From the IMG/VR virus record IMGVR_UViG_3300044613_003178: 64,000 bases of DNA. One strand, 5' to 3'. This DNA is from a virus. The position numbers and the translations under genes are program-made. The notes beneath the pieces are model-generated. The model made no database searches and had not been told where the DNA came from. It saw nothing but the letters and a program-made list of their open reading frames with translations. This document shows positions 46,358 through 55,638 of the stretch, one piece after another (the first letter of the stretch is position 1; each line of letters opens with the position of its first letter).

Positions 46358-46645
46358 TTAATTTATAAAAACATTTGATGAACCGGATATTGGGTGTAAG
46401 CAAGTTGCTGGATCTCCTTGTCTTACTGCATTTTTATTATTTGCAAAAACATTTGGAGAAGCCACTATTAAACTAGCACTACAGTGCTCTTGACAGCCAC
46501 AACCAACACCACAACAGCAGGGGGGATGTGGTGTAACCCTATCGCCTCTTTGTGCTATCATAATATTATTAACAAAAACATTACTAGAACCCAATGCTAT
46601 CCCACCACCAACTCTATCTACGAATTTTCTAGCAGCACCCGGCAT
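46358..46645 (-). CDS. PAAR spike-tip protein (gp5.4-like) with a Cys-rich loop
   Basis: Three PAAR-like units (GAAR..D, IAQRGD, AVRQGD) and SSNVF.N / SPNVF.N repeats. Lies downstream of gp5. Confidence 0.9.
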   Translation of the reverse strand: MPGAARKFVDRVGGGIALGSSNVFVNNIMIAQRGDRVTPHPPCCCGVGCGCQEHCSASLIVASPNVFANNKNAVRQGDPATCLHPISGSSNVFIN

Positions 46646-48666
46646 TAACCACCTCCTGGTGCGTTAGCAACACCTATAGAGAAGTCTTCCGTACACAGTG
46701 CAAGAGATATACCACAGTTGCTTGGTCTACCACCAAGACCATTGAATATACTTGCTATTGCGTCTATTACGCTACCGATACCATCAACTATTCCACCTAT
46801 GAAGTTACCAGCAGCGTCAAATACTTGACCAATTACATCTGCTATTGTCGATAATACTTCTGTTATTGCTTTTGTTGCAGCGTCTATAATCGTTCCTATA
46901 GCGTCCATAACCGATCCTATAGCGTCCATTACTGCACCAATAGCATCTGACACTATTTTCCCAACAAAGTCTAAAGCACCGCCAATAGCGTCAATGATAC
47001 CACATGCAATATCTGTTATGGTGCTAAAAATATCACCAACAAATCCTACAACACCACCAAGACCCTCTTTTAGTCCTGTCAAGAAATCACCACCACTTCC
47101 AAATTTACTTAAACTATCAGCAGATCCCGGAACTAATGAACCTGAAACATTAGAAACATCATCAACAACTCCACCCATTCCACCAAGAACACCGTTTACA
47201 TTTCCCGCAGTTCCTGATACATTATTTGTTAATGATGCAGTGGAACTAGCAACAGAACTTAATTTACTAGGATCTGTTCCTGCGGTATTTAATTGCTCTC
47301 TAAGTCCACTGAGTTGATTTGTAGATTGACCTAATTGTTCTTTTGATATATTCAGCGTGTTTAATTGGTTATTCAATTTTGAAGTAGATTCATTTAAAAT
47401 TGACGCTGGCGATTTTCCATTTTCTGTTTTATTCCATTTACCCATTTCACCCGGTTTATAAAGAAATTGGTTTGTTGGTAAAGTTGCAGATTGTGCACTT
47501 CTTGCTCTTGTTGCTGCAGTTGCTTTTGGTGCTTTTGGACCGTTTAAATGTATTACACTGCCTGTTTGTAGTAAAGCACCAGAAGCATTAAGCCCCATTA
47601 CAGCACCAGATGATAACTTCATAACACCGCTACTTAATATATCTACTGTTGAATTGCTGTTAATCTTTAATTGAGATGCAGAAAATATATCCATACCCGC
47701 ACTAGTTGTAATTTTTCCAGATGTACCTACAACCACATCCATAGATGAATCAGTTGTTAATCTTAATGCGTTTCCGAAAGAACCATCAAATGTACCACTA
47801 GTTGAAACTGATATATTACCATCTGTAAAAATATCAAAGTTACCAGGTGCTACTTTTATTTTTTTATCACCATCTACGGATAGTTCATCATGTTCTGTTA
47901 TAAATTCTCTTCTGCCCTTTTCAACCTTTAGATGTGATTCTCCATGAACTAATTTATGATCATTCAGACCAACTTCTACTCTTCTATCTCCATTTTCTAT
48001 TAGAGTTTCTGAATAACCATCAGTAACATGTAAATTATCAAATTTACCATCTATTCTGGTGTCTCGACTGCCTCCTATTTCATTCACTAAATCTTTTCCA
48101 ACAACCACATGCATATGACCTGTTACTTCTAAATTATAATCACCATTTACATTGTGATTGAAGTTGCCATCCTTTTGGGTTAGATTGATATCACCATCTT
48201 GTAAAAGAATATTTGCATCGCCACTTTCTAGTTTTAGGTTGCAATTTCCCTTTTTTAGAATTAAATTGACATTTGAATTTTCACCAACTTCAATATCAAA
48301 ATTTACATTCTTTGAGGGGGTACTCTCTGTGTTTTCGGCATTAACTACAATTTTTAAAGCTTTATCTATAGTAACATTACAGAAGCCATCAATATGAACA
48401 TAATCATCTCTTAAAATACTTGTATATCTGTCTCGAACTACCTTAACATTTTTGTCACCATTTGGATGGAATTCTTCAAAAGTACCGGAACGGTGAAATA
48501 TGTTCAGTCTTTCAGAACCAGGAGTATCATCAACTTCTATAACATGCCCAGATTCAGATTCATACACCTTATTATAAGGATACATCTCCTCTACGGGTTC
48601 TCCCTTTACCTTACCGTATGGTGTCTCTGGTTCGTTCCAATTACCTTGTGTTTCTGTTACTGACAT
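46645..48666 (-). CDS. gp5: gp5 C-terminal part (beta-helix needle) with a long C-terminal extension
   Basis: WNEPETPY...YPYNKVYESESGHVIEVDDTPGSERL..HRSGTFEE, then V.G... 8-mer repeats ending GSVIHLNG, then ~300 additional residues. Confidence 0.9.
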   Translation of the reverse strand: MSVTETQGNWNEPETPYGKVKGEPVEEMYPYNKVYESESGHVIEVDDTPGSERLNIFHRSGTFEEFHPNGDKNVKVVRDRYTSILRDDYVHIDGFCNVTIDKALKIVVNAENTESTPSKNVNFDIEVGENSNVNLILKKGNCNLKLESGDANILLQDGDINLTQKDGNFNHNVNGDYNLEVTGHMHVVVGKDLVNEIGGSRDTRIDGKFDNLHVTDGYSETLIENGDRRVEVGLNDHKLVHGESHLKVEKGRREFITEHDELSVDGDKKIKVAPGNFDIFTDGNISVSTSGTFDGSFGNALRLTTDSSMDVVVGTSGKITTSAGMDIFSASQLKINSNSTVDILSSGVMKLSSGAVMGLNASGALLQTGSVIHLNGPKAPKATAATRARSAQSATLPTNQFLYKPGEMGKWNKTENGKSPASILNESTSKLNNQLNTLNISKEQLGQSTNQLSGLREQLNTAGTDPSKLSSVASSTASLTNNVSGTAGNVNGVLGGMGGVVDDVSNVSGSLVPGSADSLSKFGSGGDFLTGLKEGLGGVVGFVGDIFSTITDIACGIIDAIGGALDFVGKIVSDAIGAVMDAIGSVMDAIGTIIDAATKAITEVLSTIADVIGQVFDAAGNFIGGIVDGIGSVIDAIASIFNGLGGRPSNCGISLALCTEDFSIGVANAPGGG

Positions 48667-48682
48667 TGTTTATTTCTCTAAT

Positions 48683-50068
48683 TTATTTATTAAGTTTATC
48701 ACAATCATTACAACCACAATCACCACATTCATTATCTCTATCTGGATTATTTGCATCTGATTGATTTGTTATCTTCTTGGTAGCATCTACTACTGGAACT
48801 TTAACACCATTTAAGAGAATATTTCCAAAATTATCTCTGGTTATAGCCATTCCGTTTATGCTTGTTTGATTTCCAAATCCACCACTAAGATCATTAGAAC
48901 CAACTTGTTCTACTGGTGTCGTAGTGGTTTGCTTTTGATCTCCAAGTTTGTTATTATTTGCATCTTGTACATCATTTGGTGAAGTACTTGAACCTGTTGT
49001 TGTTGGTACATATGAACCAAAATCTCTAGATCTATTAACAAATCCGGTTGATGTTGTTTGTCTACCACCAGATGCTGTTGTGCTCAATGTTGTTCTTGCT
49101 TTTTGCTCTACATCATTTTTAATCTGTTGAGTTCCATTTCTGATATTATCCATGTTACTCTTATAGCAACCTGCAGCAGCAGAAATTGATACTGGTAAGA
49201 AATTATCAACTCCTACCCCACCAGCACCGGAAGAATATACAGTTTTACCATTTGCATTTGTTGGTTGATCTTTGAATTGTTTATAATTTTGTTTTAATGA
49301 CGGTTTTGATGAAGATTTCAATCCATTATAACCAGTTGCTAATGATTTATTTGTTCCTTTATTTGCTCCACTATTGTTTATAACTCCAGTTTCAAATGGT
49401 TCAAAATTTACATCTGCAACGGGAACTGCTGTATCTCTAGTTCCTCCAGAATTTCTATCTGAATTTTTTACACCAACAGATGTTTGATCTAATCTATCAT
49501 TATCATTAATACCTAATATATTTGTGTCTGGTGTTCCATCTGGATTATTGGTTGCAGTTGGTGAATAATTTGATTTTGGGTATGATGAATTTTTACTTGA
49601 AGTTTCTAATTGAGCACCATGTTTATCACCATCTTTACCCTTGCCATTTGGATATTCTCTTTTTTCAAATCTATCATTTGGTGCTTTGCTTCTTTCTGAT
49701 TCAGTTCTTAGATCAGCAAATGCATTTCCAAAATATTCACCAAGTGTATTGATACTCTTGGAATTTAATCCTGCAATTGATCCGAGAATCATTGGTATTT
49801 GATATGAACCGGGATCTGCAAAAAACCCAAATACCCAAGTTCCTTCCACAAGACCAAGAGGAGTCCAACCCTTACCACTAACTGCTGCAGAAGTTACTCC
49901 TTGTATTGGTGTTGCCCAAGGTAATTTTGTTGTAGGTAGAACATTTTTATCATCATCATGATAACCCAGTATTCGTACTTTAACTCTTCCAATTTTTAAT
50001 GGATCTTTTCTATCTTCAACTACGCCGAAGAACCATGCAAAGCCATCTTTACCTAAAAATCCACTCAT
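48683..50068 (-). CDS. gp5: gp5 N-terminal part (OB-fold hub domain) with a low-complexity tail; no lysozyme domain recognised
   Basis: Motifs FAWFFGVVEDRKDPLKIGRVKVRILGYH, LPWA, GLVEGTWVFGFFAD...Q.PMILGSI. Confidence 0.92.
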   Translation of the reverse strand: MSGFLGKDGFAWFFGVVEDRKDPLKIGRVKVRILGYHDDDKNVLPTTKLPWATPIQGVTSAAVSGKGWTPLGLVEGTWVFGFFADPGSYQIPMILGSIAGLNSKSINTLGEYFGNAFADLRTESERSKAPNDRFEKREYPNGKGKDGDKHGAQLETSSKNSSYPKSNYSPTATNNPDGTPDTNILGINDNDRLDQTSVGVKNSDRNSGGTRDTAVPVADVNFEPFETGVINNSGANKGTNKSLATGYNGLKSSSKPSLKQNYKQFKDQPTNANGKTVYSSGAGGVGVDNFLPVSISAAAGCYKSNMDNIRNGTQQIKNDVEQKARTTLSTTASGGRQTTSTGFVNRSRDFGSYVPTTTGSSTSPNDVQDANNNKLGDQKQTTTTPVEQVGSNDLSGGFGNQTSINGMAITRDNFGNILLNGVKVPVVDATKKITNQSDANNPDRDNECGDCGCNDCDKLNK

Positions 50069-51585
50069 CGTCCTACACTCCTAGGCAAATTAAAAGTATT
50101 TCTTACACTCGTAGTTAAATTTGGATAGCACTGTGCGTCCGTACAAAGTTGTTCAACTTTACCCAAACCACCCAATTCTTCAACTGTAGTTGTTCCTTTT
50201 AATAGATTATCTAATTGATCTGCTGCTGTATCTGCTGAATCAGAATATTCAGAATCTCTTCTTAGTGATAATGTTGTTTTCAAATCAAATCCTAGTGTAT
50301 CTCCTCTATTGACTAGAGAATGTTTAATTTTTGTTATTAGGAACTTACCAACAAAAAATGGATCTCTTCTATCTTTTGAACCAGTACTATCAACTTGTGG
50401 TCTACCAAAAAATACAACATCTCCAAGATTCAAACCAACATTTCCTTTTATTTCAACATCAACGCCAAACTGATCCATTGCTTCCATAGAAGCAATTCTT
50501 TGTAACAACCACTTCTCTACATTGTTTGCTGGATTATCTGGATTTCCTGGCTTTTCATTTTTATCGTATAATTTTGTAGCCTTTGGATAGTATTTTATTA
50601 CTGTTTCAGGATTTTTATACGCCTGATTAATTATACTTGCATCATCTGAAAAGTTTTTATCCACAAGTTGTCTGTCGTATAAGTGATCCTGTTTCTTAAA
50701 TAATTCATCATAACGCATGGTTGTTTTTGCAAACTTTTTTCTGGTTATATCAAATGTTAAACATGTTGATGCATACATTCCGTCCTTTACATTGTTTAAA
50801 GGAGAAAAATCTTTAGCAACATGCTGTAATGCCTCAAATGAAGTTCTTTTTGTTATTTCACCAGAAACAACATTATTATCTGGCATGATTCGTATTGTTA
50901 TACCATCATCTTCTTTTGTGCCAATTACTGGTTCATTTTTCATCAATCTACCAATACTAGTAAAATGGTGGATATGATCTATATCTTCATAAAAAATAAA
51001 GTTATGATTTTGTTTATCTGTTGATCCACTGTATGCTCTACTAGTAAGCCACATTATTGCTTTCATTGGAGAGAAATTTGGAATTACAACTTTTTGTTTT
51101 GAATTTGTTTCTTCTTCAACCGATACATCTATAGAAAGATAATTTTTTGCTATACTAGAAACAATACTGCTAATTTTATTATTATATGCTTTTCTTACTT
51201 TTTTAAATTCATTAGTAAACATTCCTTTTGAACAAAAATGAAATGTTGTTGCCTGTTTAAATATTGCTTGTTCACCAGCAGATTCTAATGGTATCATTGA
51301 TACCTTATAGATGTAATATTTTTCTGCTTTTAATTTTTTATCTCTTGATACTGGTTTTGTTTTTGTTGAAAATGAAAACAAAACCTCTTCTCCCTTACCA
51401 ACAATACCGCCTCTAAATTCTTTAGTTACTCTGCTACTAGGAACATCAACAATTGTTATATCTCCAGTTACAAATGGATCATATAGACTTTGATATAAGT
51501 TTATAGAAGTGACTACTGTTGTAACATCAACAGAAACATCTTCAGATTTTATTATTATACTTCCTAGTGTTTCTAAATTAATCAT
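50065..51585 (-). CDS. Baseplate hub protein, gp27-like
   Basis: Motifs INLYQSLYDPFVTGDITIVD, VIPNFSPMKAIMWL, FIFYED, GKFLITKIKH. Directly upstream of gp5. Confidence 0.75.
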   Translation of the reverse strand: MINLETLGSIIIKSEDVSVDVTTVVTSINLYQSLYDPFVTGDITIVDVPSSRVTKEFRGGIVGKGEEVLFSFSTKTKPVSRDKKLKAEKYYIYKVSMIPLESAGEQAIFKQATTFHFCSKGMFTNEFKKVRKAYNNKISSIVSSIAKNYLSIDVSVEEETNSKQKVVIPNFSPMKAIMWLTSRAYSGSTDKQNHNFIFYEDIDHIHHFTSIGRLMKNEPVIGTKEDDGITIRIMPDNNVVSGEITKRTSFEALQHVAKDFSPLNNVKDGMYASTCLTFDITRKKFAKTTMRYDELFKKQDHLYDRQLVDKNFSDDASIINQAYKNPETVIKYYPKATKLYDKNEKPGNPDNPANNVEKWLLQRIASMEAMDQFGVDVEIKGNVGLNLGDVVFFGRPQVDSTGSKDRRDPFFVGKFLITKIKHSLVNRGDTLGFDLKTTLSLRRDSEYSDSADTAADQLDNLLKGTTTVEELGGLGKVEQLCTDAQCYPNLTTSVRNTFNLPRSVGR

Positions 51586-51586
51586 A

Positions 51587-52327
51587 TTAAACAGCCATAG
51601 AATTTGAATATTCTTGTTCTATTCTTGTTGCTACCTCTGGTAGTGGAATGTAAATATAACGCTTTTTATCGTTTTCTGTCATCTCATATTGATAGTTGGT
51701 TATCACTTCATTACTTACACCATTTATGTATCCTTGTAAATAACCAAGTAATGGATCTAGATAAATTCCATTTGCCTCAAAATGATGCAAAGAATCTTGT
51801 TCATACAGGTTTACTCTACCAATTTTTGCAATTGTTGGAGTTGTGTCTAAAAATCTGACAAATTCATTTTTTGTAAAAGTGCCATTCAATTGTCTTATAG
51901 TTAATTTACTCAACGATGGATTCCAATCAACCACTTCTGCTGTTTTACTGGAACTAGTTGTTGATCTAATTACATCACCTTTTTTAATATTGTAATTATT
52001 GATACTATCAAGGTAAAAGAAAATTGAAGAAAGACCACCGTACTTATTTTTTACATAAGCATCAAATGCTGTAGATGAAAGTGGCCAATCAGTATAAATC
52101 CCTTTCATATTGTTTACTAATAAAATTATCCAAGAATATGATTGTTTATTGTATATTTGTTTAGCAATTGATTCTGCAGTGTCACCTTCTCTTACATAAT
52201 ATGGAATTGAATATTGTGTATTACGAAAAACTTCATATGTCTTTATGGTTGAAGTTATATCTGTTACGGTGATTTGGTTGCCGTTTTTATCTAATTGTGT
52301 TGTATATGGGTGCTTTGTAAAAAACAT
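51587..52327 (-). CDS. gp53: Baseplate wedge protein gp53
   Basis: LysM-like motif YVREGDTAESIAKQIY...WIILLVN...DWPLS, plus HHFE and TNYQYE..ENDKKR.I. Confidence 0.92.
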   Translation of the reverse strand: MFFTKHPYTTQLDKNGNQITVTDITSTIKTYEVFRNTQYSIPYYVREGDTAESIAKQIYNKQSYSWIILLVNNMKGIYTDWPLSSTAFDAYVKNKYGGLSSIFFYLDSINNYNIKKGDVIRSTTSSSKTAEVVDWNPSLSKLTIRQLNGTFTKNEFVRFLDTTPTIAKIGRVNLYEQDSLHHFEANGIYLDPLLGYLQGYINGVSNEVITNYQYEMTENDKKRYIYIPLPEVATRIEQEYSNSMAV

Positions 52328-52328
52328 T

Positions 52329-53138
52329 TTACATCTCTACAAAATTGTCTGGTGGTTTGGAAACAGTTGGTTGTTCTAAGTAATAAGGTACATCTGGTGG
52401 TGTACTGTTTAATAATGGAGGTGGATCTGGATCATAACGAACTGTTGGTTTAGCATAAACCACACCTTCAGAAACCATTCTATAATATGAGAATGATACA
52501 GATTGTTTTACATAGTTTGAATCTGGTTCCCACGAATATTCTATAGAACCTATATTTGTTGGATATGCACCAATAAATTGTGTATTGTACACTTTATTAT
52601 TTTGTGTATCCAGTTGAGTTAAAACAATTAATGACGAATCTGTATAATTGTTATAATATTCCACTCCATTAACCGTATCGAAGATATATTCTTGCCAATT
52701 TAAAAAGAACTTTCTTTCTTTATAATTGTCTGTCATTCTAAAACTTAAAGTCAATTCATTACCGTAATCTATGGTGTATGGTAATCTCAATACTGGCAAA
52801 TTGTTCAACTTATAATCTGATGTAAACAATGATTGATTTGGTATACTGGCATTTTCACAAACAAATCTTAATCCATTCCTATCAGATAATGCTGAAAGTG
52901 TGTTATTTGTTAGTCTTGGTGGGAATACTGTTGCAAAAAACCTATTGGTTCTGTATAAGATTCCAGAAGTAAACAAAAAGTTAGCAAGTTCTGTTGCTGA
53001 ATCACCAGTAACTGGGGAAAAAGAACCAACAGAGTCATATGGTTTAAATGACCCTGCGGAGATTCTATCCGTTAGTCCCTGAAATGATTTTATGCTGTTT
53101 GCGCCGTTTAATGGTCCAAATGGTCCAAATGTGCTCAT
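52329..53138 (-). CDS. Tail tube initiator, gp54-like (tube fold)
   Basis: Motifs CENASIP, LTLSFR, ERKFFLNWQEYI, YYNNY, QLD, AYPTNIG, VSFSY. Confidence 0.8.
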   Translation of the reverse strand: MSTFGPFGPLNGANSIKSFQGLTDRISAGSFKPYDSVGSFSPVTGDSATELANFLFTSGILYRTNRFFATVFPPRLTNNTLSALSDRNGLRFVCENASIPNQSLFTSDYKLNNLPVLRLPYTIDYGNELTLSFRMTDNYKERKFFLNWQEYIFDTVNGVEYYNNYTDSSLIVLTQLDTQNNKVYNTQFIGAYPTNIGSIEYSWEPDSNYVKQSVSFSYYRMVSEGVVYAKPTVRYDPDPPPLLNSTPPDVPYYLEQPTVSKPPDNFVEM

Positions 53139-53579
53139 TTAGTTTGTTCCTAGTGTTTTTTCTGTTATTATTTTAAATTCCCAATTTTGTTTTTTAGCAA
53201 ATTCCGAAGCAGCATTCCACTTAGAATTATTTATTAACCAAGTTTTACTTTCTTTTATAAATGTTCTTTGCTTCTTGTTATCTGACTGTTTAGGTTGAAT
53301 ACATTGTCTAGATGGCTTGATTTCTACAAGGTAAACCTTCTTTTCCCCTGTTTTTTCTTGCACTTCTATGACAAAATCAACAAAATACCTATGAACTCTG
53401 TTATCTATGGGCGAAATATATGGTATAGCAAGTTCTTCTGATGACCATTTCAAAACATTATCGTTTCTATCACAAAAAACCATAAATCTTCTCTCTAATA
53501 GAGAGCGATAAATGATGTTGTTTGAGTTACCAACATACTTTTCTGGGTTTTCTGGGTGATATTTACCTTTGTATGGCAT
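53139..53579 (-). CDS. gp4: Head completion nuclease gp4 (TnsA-N-like PD-(D/E)xK fold)
   Basis: Motifs YKGKYHPENPEKYVG, IIYRSLLERRFM, WSSEE, HRYFVDF, VEIKP, KWNAA, FKIITEK. Confidence 0.95.
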   Translation of the reverse strand: MPYKGKYHPENPEKYVGNSNNIIYRSLLERRFMVFCDRNDNVLKWSSEELAIPYISPIDNRVHRYFVDFVIEVQEKTGEKKVYLVEIKPSRQCIQPKQSDNKKQRTFIKESKTWLINNSKWNAASEFAKKQNWEFKIITEKTLGTN

Positions 53580-53615
53580 ATAAATAAAAATGAACAGAAT
53601 TCTTTCCTATTTATC
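53579..53615. promoter_or_regulatory. Overlapping divergent late promoters: TATAAATA (+, 53579-53586) and GATAAATA (-, 53608-53615)
   Basis: Both motifs sit at the strand switch between gp4 (-) and gp48 (+). Confidence 0.6.
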
Positions 53616-54885
53616 TAAAAAAATGTTAATTAAAAAAGAAAACATAGCAAACTACTCAAAACTAGGTTCTTGGACTCCTGAAGAAGTTTCAGATCCTAAT
53701 CCACCAGTTTCAATACCAGATTTGAACTCAGTACCAGCAAATTATGAATCTCTGATAGGAGATACTTTGGATGCTGCCGGTAGAGAAAAAACTCTATCAA
53801 ATAAAGAAGCATTAAATTTTATTGAAAATAGAGCCAAAGCACTAGAACAAAAATTACCAACTGTAGATTCAGATATCATAAAACAATTATCATTTAGTGG
53901 TGATACTAGCAAATTAAGAGATTGCATGGTAATAGTTCTCTATTCACCATCAAGCAATGAAAATCCAAATTTAAGCAATTCGCCACAAGAATTAAACAGA
54001 AAGGGTGCGGAATTTGCAACAGTTGGAATAGAAAAAATTGGTGGTTATATTGATGCAATACCAGAACAAAAAATAACAAATGAATCTACTGCACTTGATA
54101 AATTAGGAGTATTAACAACAGGTCTTTTAAAGGGTGGTAAACAAGCTGTTGAAAATTTTAATAAAACAAAAGAATTTACAAGTAATAATATTGAATCATT
54201 AAATAAAAATTTTTATACTGAAGGTGATACCGATTCACCAAATAAAAAGAAAACAATATTTTTACCATTGCCAAAACAAATAAACGATATACACAGTCAC
54301 AATGTTGATGGGTTTTCAAACAATCCGATAATACCAATAGGAGGTGTAGTATCCGGTCTTTTAAATTTAATTACTGGACCACTATCAGGAACACCTAATT
54401 CCAGAGCAGGTATTGGTAAAGCTTCTACTAATGTTGCTGAATTTCTTGCTAATAATGCTCAATTAGCAACAAGGAAAACAATTAATCCCGCTACAGAAAC
54501 TCTTTATAGAAGTCCAAATTTAAGAAATTGGCAATGGAATATCGAATTCCAGCCAACAAGCAAAGAAGAAGCAGATCAGTTCTTAAAAATAGTAGAAATG
54601 TTAAAACAACACTCATACCCAACACAAGATCTAGGTGGTATTTTATATACTTTCCCAGGTACTGTAGACTTTTATTTTAGAATAAATGGAGAAGAATCTA
54701 AAGTTCTACCAAAAAGTCTCCAAAAATGTTTCTTAAAAAGTGTACAATTAGATTATACACAACAAGGATTTTATGCACACTTTAAAGACGGTAATCCAGT
54801 TGTAATTACATTGACTCTAGATATAGCAGAAACAAGACTACTTGATAGAAACGATTTGGAAAATGCATTTGGTAAACCCGATTAA
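53590..54885 (+). CDS. gp48: Baseplate tail-tube cap, gp48-like (likely start ATG 53623)
   Basis: Motifs IFLPLP, INPATETLYRSPNLR.W.W..EFQPTSKEEA, FPG, CFLKSVQLDYT, DGNPV.ITLTL...ET. Confidence 0.85.
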   Translation: MNRILSYLSKKMLIKKENIANYSKLGSWTPEEVSDPNPPVSIPDLNSVPANYESLIGDTLDAAGREKTLSNKEALNFIENRAKALEQKLPTVDSDIIKQLSFSGDTSKLRDCMVIVLYSPSSNENPNLSNSPQELNRKGAEFATVGIEKIGGYIDAIPEQKITNESTALDKLGVLTTGLLKGGKQAVENFNKTKEFTSNNIESLNKNFYTEGDTDSPNKKKTIFLPLPKQINDIHSHNVDGFSNNPIIPIGGVVSGLLNLITGPLSGTPNSRAGIGKASTNVAEFLANNAQLATRKTINPATETLYRSPNLRNWQWNIEFQPTSKEEADQFLKIVEMLKQHSYPTQDLGGILYTFPGTVDFYFRINGEESKVLPKSLQKCFLKSVQLDYTQQGFYAHFKDGNPVVITLTLDIAETRLLDRNDLENAFGKPD

Positions 54886-54895
54886 GGAGTAGATT

Positions 54896-55612
54896 ATGAT
54901 TGATTTGAAAAATTTAGTATCACTTCCAACATACACAACAACAGTACCATCAACTGGTAAAAAGGTTTCATTTAGACCCTTTGTTGTAAAGGAAGAAAAA
55001 ATATTATTGATTGCTTTGGAATCAAAGGATGATGAACAAATTATGGGAGCAATGAAAAGTATATTCAATACATGCTTTTCTGAAAAATTAAATATTGAAG
55101 AAATGCCATATTTTGATGTTGAATATCTCTTTATCCAATTAAGAATGAAATCGATGGGCGAAGTTGTAGAAATAATTGTTAAAGATTCAGAAACTAATGA
55201 AAAATTTGAAACAGAAATGAAACTTGAAAATGTAATAGTTAAAAATCTTCCAGAAAAAACATCAACTACTATAAAGTTGAATGATAATATGGGTGTTATT
55301 ATGAAATATCCATCTATAAGTGAATTTATAGAGATAGAAAAAAATGAAAAATCAAGAACAGAAACCATGTTTAATTTGATAGTGTCTTGTATAGATAAAA
55401 TTTTTACAAAAGATCAAGTAATAAGTACAAAAGAAAAAAGTAAACAAGAAGTTATAGATTTTTTAGAAAATCTACCAAAAGAAATGTTTTTAAAAATTAC
55501 ACATTTTTTTGATAAATTACCAAGAGTGACATATGAAGAAGAATTTGTAACTCCAACAAAAGGAAATAAAATACCCATAATTATAAATGATTTTAAATCT
55601 TTTTTCGAATAA
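54896..55612 (+). CDS. gp26: Baseplate hub assembly protein gp26
   Basis: Motifs LPTY...PSTGKKVSFRPFVVKEEKILLIA, FDVEYLFIQLRMKSMGE, MKYPS; ends SFFE. Confidence 0.93.
   Translation: MIDLKNLVSLPTYTTTVPSTGKKVSFRPFVVKEEKILLIALESKDDEQIMGAMKSIFNTCFSEKLNIEEMPYFDVEYLFIQLRMKSMGEVVEIIVKDSETNEKFETEMKLENVIVKNLPEKTSTTIKLNDNMGVIMKYPSISEFIEIEKNEKSRTETMFNLIVSCIDKIFTKDQVISTKEKSKQEVIDFLENLPKEMFLKITHFFDKLPRVTYEEEFVTPTKGNKIPIIINDFKSFFE
55600..55606 (+). other. Candidate -1 ribosomal slippery site T TTT TTC
   Basis: An X XXY YYZ heptamer in the gp26 frame, one codon before its stop. The -1 frame is open into gp51. Confidence 0.7.
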
Positions 55613-55638
55613 CGCTCTCGGTTGAAAGTTTGAAAATA

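Noticed and set aside
48660-48690. gp5 split as a sequencing frameshift
   Set aside because: Stops occur in both frames around a 16-nt spacer, so a single indel would not fuse the ORFs. Read-level confirmation is still advisable.
44056-52327. PAAR/VgrG-like/gp25/sheath genes as a bacterial T6SS or eCIS locus
   Set aside because: Portal, terminase, neck, gp32 and gp33 genes show that this is a T4-like phage.
53139-53579. TnsA-like endonuclease as evidence of a Tn7-like transposon or homing element
   Set aside because: Sequence and position match the core T4 head-completion protein gp4. No transposase partners or terminal repeats are present.
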